Part shown: piece after piece, positions 1-11,405 of the stretch
Layout of the letters: every line of letters starts with the position of its first letter
Position numbering within the stretch: the stretch's first letter is position 1
Source: Octopus bimaculoides
Taxonomy: Eukaryota
Reading direction: 5' to 3'
Assembly (NCBI RefSeq): GCF_001194135.2
Contig: NC_068982.1
Location: forward strand, 101,476,363-101,517,718
DNA length: 41,356 bases
Position numbers and translations under genes: made by a program
Notes under the pieces: model-generated
Seen by the model: the letters and a program-made list of their open reading frames with translations, nothing else
The model's database searches: none
What the model was told of the DNA's origin: nothing

Positions 1-36
<36 letters not shown>

Positions 37-65
37 TAATAATAATAAAGATGATGATGGTGATA

Positions 66-132
<67 letters not shown>
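1..132. repeat. Compound microsatellite (TAA)n then (ATG)n
   Basis: Directly visible; explains the poly-Met ORF 51..281. Confidence 0.97.
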
Positions 133-133
<1 letters not shown>

Positions 134-654
134 ATACCAGACAGTGGCTGTTATAGCTTCTGATTTTAAAATGATTGGAAGTGTTACCATGTACATGTTT
201 TATCTTGGTATAAAGATGGCTTTCATTAAATTTTCTGCTCAATACCACAGATTTGCTTGTCAGTTGTTTGACCTTAACTAGTTGAGCATGTCCTTTAGTG
301 GGTGTCATTATGTGCATCTCTGATCATGAGCAGAAGTAGTTGGGGAGCATGACAGCCATGTGTTGAGAGGGATTCTTTAGGGTTTGAATAGTTCAACCCT
401 AGAAGCATGGGTGTTTCATTCATGACACTTAAACAACCCCTATTCAGGGACCTTTTGAGTGGGATGGTCTATTCAGCCTGGAGAAAATTCTAACTGGGCC
501 CTACCTGCAATGTCATGCGCTGTTTATTTTGATATGAGATCACTGTGTCACGCACATTTTGTTTTGATGCATGTGCTTGGCATACAATTGTCAGACGGGT
601 AGTCATGATGGATATATTGGGCTTTGTATATTTGTGTCTCAGCGTTACTCACTC
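133..654. mobile_element. Probable unclassified interspersed repeat between two microsatellites
   Basis: More GC-rich than its flanks and bounded by microsatellites on both sides. Sequence such as 'gttgagcatgtcctttagtg...gagcagaagtagt...ttctaactgggccc' is recalled as a common octopus repeat. No second copy in the window, so this is unverified. Confidence 0.4.
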
Positions 655-689
655 AATAATAATAATAAGAAGAAGAAGAAGAAGAAGAA

Positions 690-738
<49 letters not shown>

Positions 739-778
739 AATAATAATAACAACAACAACAACAACAACAATAATAACA
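655..778. repeat. Compound microsatellite (AAT)/(GAA)/(CAA)n
   Basis: Directly visible; explains ORFs 545..865, 571..807 and 649..855. Confidence 0.97.
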
Positions 779-980
779 TTCCTTTCTACTATAGGCACAA
801 AGTCTGAAATTTCAAGGAAGGGAACTAATCGATCAGATCGACTCCAGCATTGCACTTGTTCTTAATTTATCGACCCTGAAAGGATGAAAGATAAAGTCGA
901 CCTCGGCGGATTGTGAACTAAGACGAAACACCGCTAAGCATTTCGCCCGGCGTGCTAACGATTCTGCCAGCTCATTGCCT
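779..980 (-). mobile_element. tRNA-headed SINE, family A, near full length
   Basis: Minus strand has A-box-like TGGCAGAATCGTTAG, body 'gccgaggtcgactttatctttcatcctttcagggtcgataaattaag' and 3' end 'gtgcctatagtagaaagg' running into an ATT-type tail. Homologous to many other copies in the window. Confidence 0.88.
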
Positions 981-984
981 CAAT

Positions 985-1062
985 GATCATCATAATAATA
1001 ATAATAATGATGATGATGATGATGATAATAATAATAATAATAGTAATAACAATAATAATAAT
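985..1062. repeat. (AAT)/(GAT)n microsatellite
   Basis: Directly visible. Confidence 0.95.
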
Positions 1063-1294
1063 CGATTTATTCACGGCAAAAGACCGCATGTAATGTTGCA
1101 AAATCACTTTGACAAAATATTTGTTAATAAATATGTTCCAATACACTGTGACACCTCTGAGAAAAGGTTTGGAGAGTTAAATAAATAAAAGGACCTTGAA
1201 ATAGAGGCTTAAAACTTGCGATAAATAAGAACGACAACTGTGCCTGTTATAATCGGAGCTTAGGGGATAATACCAAATGTTACTTTTAAATGCA

Positions 1295-1522
1295 GTGGAA
1301 GCGCGTGGCTTAGTAGTTAGGATGTTGGAGTCGTATTCGTAAAATTGTGATTTCGATTCCTGGGCCGGGCGACGCGTTGTGTTCTTGACCAAAATACTTC
1401 ATTTCTCGTTACTCCAGTCCACTTCGCAGACAGAAACGAGCAATCCTGTGACGGACTAGCATCCCGTCCAGGTGAGAACCGGCTCCATGAGTCTATATGA
1501 CTCGGGAAGGACCTTTACTTCA
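1295..1522 (+). mobile_element. tRNA-headed SINE, family B
   Basis: A-box-like TGGCTTAGTAGTTAG, B-box-like TTTCGATTCC, body 'gtgttcttgaccaaaatacttcatttc..ctccagtccac' and tail 'gacggactagcatcccgtccagg'. Matches the minus-strand copies at 10962 and 25931. Confidence 0.85.
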
Positions 1523-1877
1523 TTTTTCCTACTCTAAAATGCGATTGTCAAACACTATGAAACCCCGAAATATCAGAACTACAAAAAATTGATCTCGTGG
1601 GGTATTATCGAAATTCTAACACAAACACTGTCCACTTAAATATATTTCAATCTGTTAAACTCTTTCAAAATCACAAACATTGCAACAAACTTTTGTCGAA
1701 ATCTTAATTCTCAGTGTTTCGTCTTCTTTTTCATCTGCAATATATCATTGATACTCATAAATTACATCAACAGTAAAACGTCTAACTTGTTGTTACTTGA
1801 TGTCTCCAGGGAAGACGTAGAAGACCTCCTATAAATAAAGCAACGACAAAAACAACAATGACAATAAGGTTACTTAT

Positions 1878-2080
1878 TAATTCAAATTTCCATACAAGAC
1901 CAAAGATTGTCAGGGGAAGTTTAAATCGATTTCAACGACCCACGTGCCCAACTGGTGCTTTATTTTATCGACCTTGAAAAGCAATGGTTGACCCTTGCGG
2001 GTTTTGAACTCCTAACATAAAGAAAAGGAAGAAATTCCGCTAAGTATTTTGTCCGATGCGCTAACTATTCTGCCAGCTCA
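1878..2080 (-). mobile_element. SINE family A, diverged
   Basis: 'caactggtgctttattttatcgacc...tttgaactc...ccgctaagtattttgtccgatgcgctaactattctgccagctc' aligns with 779..980. Confidence 0.8.
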
Positions 2081-2089
2081 GTAATAGCA

Positions 2090-2200
2090 ATTAGTGAACC
2101 AATCAGTCAATGAATCAGCAGCCAATTAGTCAGCCAGTTGATTAACTAATCAATCATTCAATCGATTAATCAATCAATCAATCACTCATTCATTCAAATA
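2090..2200. repeat. Degenerate (TCAA)n-type tetranucleotide repeat
   Basis: aatcagtcaa/tcaatcaatc/tcattcattc units visible. Confidence 0.7.
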
Positions 2201-2479
2201 ACTGACTACACTAAGCCATGCAATTAAACAAGGCATCATTATCTAAAACTTCTATAAAAATGACTAATATACATCTGAAATACTCTACAGCCTTTAACCC
2301 GGACCTTTACATGACCTAGGACATATCGGAGTATGGTTCCAGTTCGATGAATCAAAGAGCTTCTACTTCTGAAATCAATAGTTGCCACATTTCATCAACG
2401 CACGATTCTCACTGGTAATAGCAAAATTTCTTAAGTAGAAGGAGACATTTGAAGGATTGTGTGTGTGTGTGTGTGTGTG

Positions 2480-2706
2480 CTCTTTCACCACAACTTTCTC
2501 TCACTCTTTCTTCCTATTTCTCTTGTACTTGTATTTCCGAGGGCCAGCCTTGTCACACTCTGTGTCACGCTGAATCTCCCCCGAGAACTACGTTAAGAGT
2601 ACACGTGTCTGTAGAGTGCTCAACCACTTGCACGTTAATTTCACGAGCAGGCTGTTTCGTTGATTTGATTAAATGGAACCCTCGTCGTCGTAACCGACGG
2701 AGTGCC
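2480..2706 (+). mobile_element. SINE family C, 5'-truncated, preceded by (GT)n
   Basis: Aligns with the 3' portion of 37810..38198 (ctctttcaccacaa...ggaaccc...gacggagtgcc). Confidence 0.9.
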
Positions 2707-2723
2707 ACGAATATATATATATA

Positions 2724-2871
2724 CTCTTTTACTCTTTTACTTCTTTCAGTCATTTGACTGTGGCCATGCTGGAGCACCACCTTTAGTCGAGCAAATCGAC
2801 CCCAGGACTTATTCTATCGGCCTCTTTGGCCGAACCGCTAAGTTACGGGAACGTAAACACACCAGCATCGG
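2724..2871 (-). mobile_element. SINE family D, 3' half, cut by N-gap
   Basis: Reverse complement of 'ccgatgctggtgtgtttacgt..taacttagcggttcggc...ctccagcatggcc..agtcaaatgactgaa' as seen at 26762..27165. Confidence 0.88.
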
Positions 2872-3620
2872 NNNNNNNNNNNNNNNNNNNNNNNNNNNNN
2901 NNNNNNNNNNNNNNNNNNNNNNNNNNNNNNNNNNNNNNNNNNNNNNNNNNNNNNNNNNNNNNNNNNNNNNNNNNNNNNNNNNNNNNNNNNNNNNNNNNNN
3001 NNNNNNNNNNNNNNNNNNNNNNNNNNNNNNNNNNNNNNNNNNNNNNNNNNNNNNNNNNNNNNNNNNNNNNNNNNNNNNNNNNNNNNNNNNNNNNNNNNNN
3101 NNNNNNNNNNNNNNNNNNNNNNNNNNNNNNNNNNNNNNNNNNNNNNNNNNNNNNNNNNNNNNNNNNNNNNNNNNNNNNNNNNNNNNNNNNNNNNNNNNNN
3201 NNNNNNNNNNNNNNNNNNNNNNNNNNNNNNNNNNNNNNNNNNNNNNNNNNNNNNNNNNNNNNNNNNNNNNNNNNNNNNNNNNNNNNNNNNNNNNNNNNNN
3301 NNNNNNNNNNNNNNNNNNNNNNNNNNNNNNNNNNNNNNNNNNNNNNNNNNNNNNNNNNNNNNNNNNNNNNNNNNNNNNNNNNNNNNNNNNNNNNNNNNNN
3401 NNNNNNNNNNNNNNNNNNNNNNNNNNNNNNNNNNNNNNNNNNNNNNNNNNNNNNNNNNNNNNNNNNNNNNNNNNNNNNNNNNNNNNNNNNNNNNNNNNNN
3501 NNNNNNNNNNNNNNNNNNNNNNNNNNNNNNNNNNNNNNNNNNNNNNNNNNNNNNNNNNNNNNNNNNNNNNNNNNNNNNNNNNNNNNNNNNNNNNNNNNNN
3601 NNNNNNNNNNNNNNNNNNNN
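2872..3620. other. Assembly gap (N)
   Basis: Run of N followed by (TA)n. Confidence 1.
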
Positions 3621-3651
<31 letters not shown>

Positions 3652-4094
3652 AGAGATAAATCCACAACTGTTCAAAATATCTATGACAGAAATTATTTAG
3701 CAAGCTAACCACGCTGCGTCTGCGTTGCAGCTCGACCAGATAGAAATCGAAACCAAGCCTCTTTTGAAACACACTAAGAGACTCATTGAATATAGTCATC
3801 TGGAAAATAAGGCCAACTGGACGTGGATGGAACGTGTTTACTTCTATGTTAAACAAAGTTAAACTCGGTTTAAATAATAACTACAGCAACTGGAGAATTA
3901 CTGGAACGTAGATTTCACGTTTGAATTGATATGCTCTGCTCAAGTAAATCTTGTTCTGTTTGAAATTTAACTGCGACGCCCATGTGCTTCTGGTTTTCTG
4001 AGTTGTCATCACCTTATTTGCTCAGAGACATCTTCATTTTAGAAGACAACCAATGATTAAAATTCCACACATACCACCCACGTTGTGCACAATC

Positions 4095-4175
4095 TGTGTG
4101 AATGTGTGTGTGTTTGCATGTGTGTGTGTTTGCATGTATGTGTGCGTGCATGCGTGCGTGCTTGCGTGTGTATTT
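4095..4175. repeat. Degenerate (TG)/(TGCG)n microsatellite
   Basis: Directly visible. Confidence 0.85.
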
Positions 4176-6914
4176 AAATATTTATATGTGGAGGTTATGA
4201 GTGTGCGTGTAGATAAAAAGAGGTCTAGGAAAAATGGGTTTACATGAATAAATAGTAGACATACCAAAACTAGTTGATTTTATTATGTTTAAGATTGTAA
4301 AAAGAACGAAGATGTGATAGAACAGCATATGGCAAGAGGTGGGGAGTAGGTCACAGCTGAAGATAGTATCTTGGTGGGTTATTCTCTGTGCCTCTTTATC
4401 TTTCTCTCACTTATACATATATATATATATTCACACACACATGTTTATGTGGCTTCACGTGCATGTGTATGTGTATAGAAGTCAGTCTTCCAGAAACCCT
4501 TTCAGCTGGCTCTGGGAAAAAATCTATTCTTATTTGAAAGAGTTTTCTTAATAGCCATAATACTGTGAATTCCATGTTACCCCCACAGCTCCCTATTTTC
4601 CAGTTCCCTATAAATCTGAAATAACAAAAACATTCCCACTGTAAGGGAAACACATTTCATTCTGATTGATGCTTGTCGTCTCTGTCTTACTCGTATTCCT
4701 TGAATCCACCACTATCGTTTCTGTGTTTTCGCATTGTTTAACGTTTCTACCATCTCATACAAATTGTAAAGGTAATACTTTTACAAATCGTTTGAAGTAA
4801 AAGATCCGGTGCTAGTGATTTAGAAATAAATATATTTCCTCTATAGAAGAAAAAATTGCTCTATTGTTATTAATATTTTCAGAAGAGTTTATTCTATACC
4901 CAACAACTTGTTGAGCAAAGATAGTAAAGTATTTAGTGTCATGCCTAATGATACAAAGAAATAACTCGTGAAATTTGAGCTCTCGACTAATAAATTGGCA
5001 ATCAAATAGCCTTTATATATTACTCTCACCAAACATCCTTTTTTTCATTTTCTTTACCAGTCTTTTGTTTATAGCATGCACTATGTAAGCTAACGACAGA
5101 TACTGTACGTAGTCATTAACCCTGTTATTGAAAATCATACACTGCCGATTTAAACCATGGACACAATGGATAATTTCTATATACACAGTGCTAAATTAGA
5201 TTTTTAAAAAACCCGGAAAAGTAATGATTGCAAGTCTTTGATTATAAGGTCTGCTTACTTGAAATTGACATTCTGGTAAATAATATGTCCTATATTTATC
5301 TTTTCAAAAGAACTTAATTTTGAAACACTATACCATAGTACACTACCAAATATTTGGTATAAAAGTAATTCAAGCAATAAAATGATATCATACTGGGCTT
5401 CTTATCTATTTCGCCGAGATTTCCAGTTATTAAGAAGTTATTTCTTCTCTCCTTTTTGTAGTTTGTATGGTATTTAATAAAAGAACGTAAAAAAAGAAGA
5501 AAAGAAAAGGCCACCCTGACTCTCTTAAAAACAGTTTCCTTTCCCATAAAAGCAACAGTAAATTATGTTTAGATAACGTTTTGTTATATTTTCCAAGTTA
5601 AGCTGTTCTCTTTAAATATAAAACCTACATGGAAAGCTGATGTAGCTAATAGTTCAGTTAGAATTACCTCGAAATGAATTTGTTGTAAACTAAGACAAAT
5701 CATTTACAAATCTAATCAGTTTCGTATATGTTGCTGCAGTAGCAAATTACATCTACGAACATAAAAGCGATTATTTCAATGCCCATTATGATTACAAACT
5801 TCACTGTTCAGTGTTCATACGGTTAAAGCCTCGTCCGGTTTATTGCTGTTGTACATTATTAATTCACGTAATCGACACAAACATAGCGTGAGCGATATGA
5901 CTCCAGAGTATAAACAAGACGAAGTCTGTCAGATGTCTCGCGCCCGACATAATAATTTGTTTTTCATGAGAAATAGCATGAAAATGTTTCTATCGACTGA
6001 CCAAAATGGAGAATAGGCCATAAACAATGTACTTATGTGGCACGAGGTTTATCGGATTCTAAATAGGATGTTGCAGAATATGTGTGAAGAGTATTTGCTG
6101 TATTTCTATAATAGCTACGTTTCTGGAATTTCATCTTGTGATTGTGAGTGTCTAGGCAGACGGTATGAATTAACATTATAGTGTTAGACAATTTTATAGG
6201 TAAGCATTACAATATATTTTGTGAGTAAAAGAATAAAACTACCAATCTTAGATACCAAACTCTGACTAAAAGCAATAAATATCCAAATACAGTTCCTCCA
6301 TCCACGTTATATGAAACCCTTGGCCACCAAACATTTCACTTGCAAGAACTCCGCAATATAAGAACATACGGAAGAATAAACATAGTAAGAGCGCGCCTAG
6401 TAAGAGTAATGAAAACATATTCTCCTTGTGAAAATCGTATGAAATTCAAAAGCAAACACAACACTTTATTCTGTTATGTAGTTATCAGCGTCGACTTAAT
6501 CTGTAACCTTGTTTAACACCATCATCTAGCAGCATGTGTGCATTTGTGCAGAGTTCGCTCTGTTGCAAACATTCGGATAAAGTTTCTGTTTGGCTGATAC
6601 TTTCCCCCTCCTTCACTCCCACCAGTCCTGGAAACCTTTAAAGAGTCAAAGGCAATGTCTGGAAGAAGGAAGGAGCAAATAAAGCAACAAAAACACAAAA
6701 AGCATCCTGAGAAATAATATAACTGGAACTTGCCTTAGATATCGGAGAAAGCCATAGAAAAGATTAGAAAGAAGAAAATAAGCTGAGCAAAATCATGGTA
6801 TAATAACGATGAATACCAAAGTAGATTTGCCTATCAATTTAGAGGACTGAGCGAAGTAAAACGTACGACTGACGTGATTGAAAAGGTAGGCAGATCCATT
6901 ATAACAGTGACATA

Positions 6915-7041
6915 TATGTAGCACATGTGTATTATATATGTAAATTAAATGATGCACTTTATTGTGTGACCACTCGGGCCGTGGAAGACTTGTTTATCAC
7001 AGAACCGAACCGTGGGACTAAAAACAATTGGGGAACCGCTA
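6915..7041 (-). mobile_element. hAT-like MITE terminal fragment (copy 1)
   Basis: Reverse complement 'tagcggttccccaattgtttttagtcccacgg...acaagtcttccacggcccgagtggtcacacaataaagtgcat' matches 9116..9225. The terminus resembles Charlie/hAT-type CAGCGGTCCCCAAC ends (recall). Confidence 0.55.
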
Positions 7042-7234
7042 CTAAAGAGACATACCCTTTGGATAAGACCCACAAGATCAGCAACTAAACTTATGTTAGT
7101 ATATAGTTATTTTCACAACACTTTGCTCTCAAGAGTTCGCCTAGTTTCTAAATTTCGCTGACTGAAATAATCATCGTACTTTGCTTAGTGTTCAAACTAT
7201 ATCAGAAGTTATATTCCCAAATATTTGGCAAATT

Positions 7235-7612
7235 GTTTATAACTGGCGGGGTGGGTGTGGGCTAGAGAGCAGATGCACGGTCCACGTAAAGTGCTCTGGC
7301 AAGGGCGGTGTGGATAGTGATGAGGGGATATCAACGTAAGAGGAAGTGGCGAGCCATGAGTTGAGACGGAGTCTCAAAGTCATGGTTGTCACTGCAGAGC
7401 CTGCGTAGACGGAGGAATTGGGAATAAGAGATGGAGAGCTTGGTGTGTTTATGGTGGGAGGAGGAGAAGTTGCGGTATGAGTGTTAGTCTGTGTGTTTGT
7501 AGTGGATGGAGGCGGTGAGAGTGGAGTAATGAATGCTGACCGAAATGTCAAGACACAAGTGTCAGAGATAGTGCAGGAGAAGTGGAAGGCAGGATGGAAA
7601 GATTTGACAAAA
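7235..7612 (-). mobile_element. Penelope-like element, reverse transcriptase (thumb region) fragment, pseudogenised
   Basis: Minus-strand translation with one frameshift: SFVKSFHPAFHFSCTISDT / LDISVSIHYSTLTASIHYKHTD*HSYRNFSSSHHKHTKLSISYSQFLRLRRLCSDNHDFETPSQLMARHFLLR*YP. This matches the PLE pattern FLD..V......Y.KPT....YL...S.HP.....I.YSQ..R..R.CS....RGYP. The listed 104-aa ORF is the wrong frame. Confidence 0.88.
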
Positions 7613-7919
7613 GATATATATATATATATTAGTTTATGTATATATTTGACAATGTAAATATGTTAATTGTTTCCATGGGTAGCAAAAATTACACAAAAAA
7701 CAAGGATATCACACCCGTTTTATAGGTAGAGATACCAAGTTGAAGTGATGCATTTTGAGTAGATATGAATAATAACAATAAATGGAGCAAAACGCATATA
7801 AATAAAAGTTCCTTTAATTCCTACACATGTTTCAAAATATATGTGTACTCTACTCCAAAGAAGCAAGACAAACGCATTTGTCTTGCTTTTATATGTTGGT
7901 TCCCTGACGATGAATATAT

Positions 7920-8060
7920 GTGGAATTCCACCAGCTCTTACTTCTTTGTCTTTCATTCTTTCGGGGTCTATAAAATAAGTACCAGTTGAACTGGGGTCGA
8001 TATAATCGACTTACCATTCTCTCAAAATTGCTGGCCTTGTGCGAAAATTTGAAATCAATA
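7920..8060 (+). mobile_element. SINE family A, 5'-truncated
   Basis: 'ctttcattctttcggggtctataaaataagtaccagttgaactggggtcgatataatcgactt...gctggccttgtg'. Confidence 0.8.
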
Positions 8061-8074
8061 TCTCCGAGTGTAAA

Positions 8075-8230
8075 GGCAGAGAGCTGGCAGAATCGTTAGC
8101 ACGATTTCGACTTTGCCGTTCATCCTTTTCGTGTCGATAAAATAAGTACCAATTGAGTACTGAACTCGATTTAATCGACTTTAACCCTCCCCACAAACTG
8201 CTGGCCTTGTACCAAAATTTGAAACTAATA
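8075..8230 (+). mobile_element. SINE family A with internal deletion, tandem to the previous copy
   Basis: 'gagctggcagaatcgttagcacg' joined directly to 'tcgactttgccgttcatcc..gtcgataaaataagtacc'; the B-box region is missing. Confidence 0.82.
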
Positions 8231-9115
8231 TTTATAAGTTTAGATATAATTTTAGAATATTGCATTGAAATCTGTTGCAAAATCTTATATGTCTTTAGAC
8301 GAAGAGATTATTTGACATGTGACAGGGAATGAAGACAATTATTCAACAGCAGATGTTTTGCTCTTCCCCACCTTAGTTTTGAAAAATAAAAACTATCTGT
8401 TTTTTTTTTTTTTATTAAATGGTTTCATGAAGAATATATAAAATAGCAACCATAAGCAATCAAATTTGGTCCTAACTTAGGAATTCGACAGGAACTTATC
8501 AACAAATTTACAGCATTCACTATTTCACTTGGATATCATGATGATATGTATTTTAATGAGAAAATGATATATCGGTTACTAAGCAAATAATAAATAACTT
8601 TTATATATATTCATGAGATGATAAATGTTTCATATCTAAAAGATTTAAATTGGAATCTATTAGCATAAAAAGCCATCAGAATCTTGTTCTTGCCTTCTTT
8701 AATATAAGTTCTGCCTGTCTTTGATAATCATATCGCTATATTTTCAATATATCTCTTTTAATACTCTCCTCTGTTCTATACAAGAACGATTAAATATTGT
8801 TTAACATTGCATCCCAAGTCTATAACTATTAATAATGTTATGCTTCATTAGTCTATACTAATTAAGAAATAAGTATGGTAATTTCACGGTATCGCATAAT
8901 ATATCTGCTGGATATTATAGTTCCGTTAATACACCATTGACACGGAATGAAATGTTTTGCTTCTGATATTTAGTATATAGATGAGAGATTACGTCTATAA
9001 ACTTTGTAAGACTAATGAAATCGACGCATTGATTTTAATTATAAAAAAAGGTGCGTATGAAGAGAATTTCATACAGACTCAGTTCTGTGGAAAACTGATA
9101 GGGCGAATTCTTCTA

Positions 9116-9250
9116 CAGCGGCAGGTTCCCAAATTTTTTAGCAACACGGACCGATTTCATGCAATACAAGTTTTCCACGGCCCGTGTGGTCACGCATATA
9201 ACAGAACACAATAAAGTGCATAATATGTAATTTAATTATTTCATGTACAG
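9116..9250 (+). mobile_element. hAT-like MITE terminal fragment (copy 2), interrupted by a family D SINE
   Basis: 'cagcggcaggttcccaaattttttagcaacacggaccgatttc...ttccacggcccgtgtggtcac..cacaataaagtgcat'. Similarity to copy 1 appears to resume at about 9655-9710 ('taatacatatgctac..tatataatgc'). Confidence 0.55.
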
Positions 9251-9254
9251 TATA

Positions 9255-9397
9255 GGCGCAGGCGTGGCTGTGTGGTAAGAAGCATGCTTCTCAACCACCT
9301 GGTCAGGGTTCAGTCCCACTGCGTGGTACATTGGGCAAGTGTCTTTGTGAGTGGATTTGGTAGGCAAAAAATGAAAGAAGCCCGTGGTATATACATG

Positions 9398-9431
<34 letters not shown>

Positions 9432-9650
9432 AGTGTGTCTGTTTTTGTCCTCCCCGCCATTGCTTGATAACTGATGCTGGTGTATTTATTCCCCCCGTAA
9501 CTTAGCGGTTCAGCAAAAGATAAGGATAGAACGAGTACTAGGCTTACAAAGAATAAGTCCTGGGGTTGATTTCTTCGACTAAAATCCCTTAAGGCGGTGC
9601 TCCGGGATGGCCGCAGTCAAATGCCTGAAACAAGTAAAAGAATAAAAAAT
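9255..9650 (+). mobile_element. SINE family D, full length, with internal (TA)(TG) microsatellite
   Basis: Head 'ggcgcaggcgtggctgtgtggtaagaag...gggttcagtccc', internal (TA)n(TG)n at about 9395-9440, 3' end 'ggccgcagtcaaatgcctgaaacaagtaaaag'. Collinear with 26762..27165. Confidence 0.9.
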
Positions 9651-9779
9651 ATAAGAATAATACATATGCTACGTATATAATGCACATATATAATGCTACA
9701 TATATAATGCAAAAAACACCCTACAAACTGCGATGATCAATAAAATAGAAATGAAGTTAAAAAAAATCCAGGACCCATA

Positions 9780-10155
9780 GGCACTCTGTCGCTTACGACG
9801 TCGAGGGTTCCAGTTGATCCGATCAACGGAACAGCCTGCTCGTGAAATCAACGTGCAAGTGGCCGAGCACTCCACAGACACGTGTACACTTAACGTAGTT
9901 CTCGGGGATATTCAGCGTGACACAGTGTGACAAGGCTGACTCTTTGAATTACAGGCACAACGGAAACAGGAAGTAAGAGTGAGAGAAAGTTGTGGTGGAA
10001 GAGTACAGCAGTGTTCGCCACCATCCCCTGCCGGAGCCTCGTGGAGCTTTAGGTGTTTTCGCTCAATAAACACTCACAACGCCCGGTCTGGGAATCGAAA
10101 CCGCGATCCGATGACCACGCGTCCGCTGCCCTAACCACTGGGCCATTGCACCTCC
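9780..10155 (-). mobile_element. SINE family C, full length
   Basis: Reverse complement is closely similar along its length to 37810..38198; imperfect flanking repeat g(g/a)acccat. Confidence 0.92.
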
Positions 10156-10364
10156 ACAAGAACCCATTATCTCTGTAGGTACTTAAGCTGGTGATGACGA
10201 TGGACTCAATATTAATTACCACCACGTCTGCAATAAAAAAATGTAGAGTGTAGTGCTGATGTAGTCTACAACTATGGAAAGTAATGACTGAATTAATTGT
10301 TTATTACGCCGTATGGAAGGCGTGGTGTAAGCAGCAGCCCATCGCTCTAATATCTCACTTAGCC

Positions 10365-10546
10365 TGAAATTATTGGGGAGAGGGCTTGTCGATTACATCG
10401 ACCCGAGTGCTCAATAGGTACGTATTTCATCGACTCCGAACGGGTAAAAGGCAAATTCGATCTCAGCGAAATTTGAACGAAAAGACGGACGAAATGCCGC
10501 TAAGCATTTTGCCCGGCATGCTAATGACTCTGCCAACTCACCGGCT
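10365..10546 (-). mobile_element. SINE family A
   Basis: 'gtcgattacatcgacccgagtgctcaa...aaaggcaaa...ccgctaagcattttgcccggcatgctaatgactctgccaactc'. Confidence 0.83.
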
Positions 10547-10742
10547 TCCATTTCTCTAATTTCAATTGCTATTAACTTAAAATATGAAGGACACATTGAA
10601 AATATAGATACTCTGAAAAAAATGACAAAATAGTCGCGGCTAGAATATCAATTTGATCAGAGATCTACTAGAACAAGATTGACCCTGAGGGTTAAGTACA
10701 TTAATAACTGCATTAAGCGTCTTCATTATGAAAGAAATAAAA

Positions 10743-10950
10743 GGTGATTGGCTTGCAGAATCATTTGGACGCCGGATAAAATTGATTACGGTATTTATTC
10801 CAACTCTTTACCTCCTGTGTTCAAATTCCACGCAGGACAACTTTGCCTTTCATCCCTCTAGGGTTGATAAAATAAGTATCAGTCAAGTATTGGAGTCGAT
10901 GTAATTGACAAATACTCTCTGACTTTGTGACTACATTAGAAACAATTACG
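10743..10950 (+). mobile_element. SINE family A, diverged
   Basis: 'ttgcagaatcatttgg...gttcaaattcc...actttgcctttcatcc..gggttgataaaataagtatcag'. Confidence 0.8.
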
Positions 10951-10961
10951 GTGAAACAACT

Positions 10962-11212
10962 AAAGAGTTACCTTGTCGAGTGATTCCGACTCACAAGGGT
11001 CGGTTTCCCGGTTTCGTGGCGTGTAAATTCCGCACCCGGACGGGACACCGATCCGTCGCTGAATTACTCATTTTTACAAGCTAAATGGACTGGAGCAACA
11101 TGAAATGAACTGTTTTGCTGATGAACATAAAGCTTCATCCGGTCCAGGAATCGAAACCACAATCTTACGGTCATGAGTCCAATAGCCTAACCACTAAGCT
11201 ACGGGCCTCTAC
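10962..11212 (-). mobile_element. SINE family B
   Basis: 'ggtttcccggtttc...ggacggga...tggactggagcaac...ggaatcgaaacc...cctaaccactaagc' is the reverse complement of the family B structure. Confidence 0.85.
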
Positions 11213-11215
11213 ATA

Positions 11216-11405
11216 GGGCGGTTGGTTACCAGAATCGTTGGGACACCGGATAAAACTGGTTGCGGTATTTGTTCCAACTTTGTACCTCCTGAAATCGGTC
11301 ACGTGATCATGTGATAAAGTTAGTACCATTCAGGCAATGGTGTCGACTTAATCGATAATTTCCAGACTCTAGCTCTGAGAATTTGTGCAGAGACTAGAAG
11401 TCATT
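11216..11405 (+). mobile_element. SINE family A, strongly diverged
   Basis: 'cagaatcgttgggacaccggataaaa..gcggtatttgttccaact...gataaagttagtacc...gtcgacttaatcga'. Confidence 0.62.

Noticed and set aside
51-1188. Homopolymer-rich ORFs (poly-M, N, T, I, V, D)
   Set aside because: Translations of trinucleotide microsatellites
2702-3700. Long ORFs of 250-330 aa spanning N-gaps (also 18618..19475)
   Set aside because: Open only because N codons are read as X
3701-3862. 53-codon open frame after an AG (QANHAASALQLDQIEIETKPLLK...) and faint RT-like words on the minus strand
   Set aside because: No recognisable homology, no good donor site, and the RT resemblance is too weak to call
6655-6890. Frame with WYNNDEYQSRFAYQFRGLSEVKRT ending at an AAG/gtaggc donor, superficially like the MDM1 N-terminus
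   Set aside because: Upstream stops in all three frames, no compatible acceptor or ATG, and only a few matching residues
9696-9881. Recurrent ORF MSVECSATCTLISR...NWNPRRRKR (also at 2449 and 38084)
   Set aside because: Fortuitous frame inside SINE family C, not a gene family
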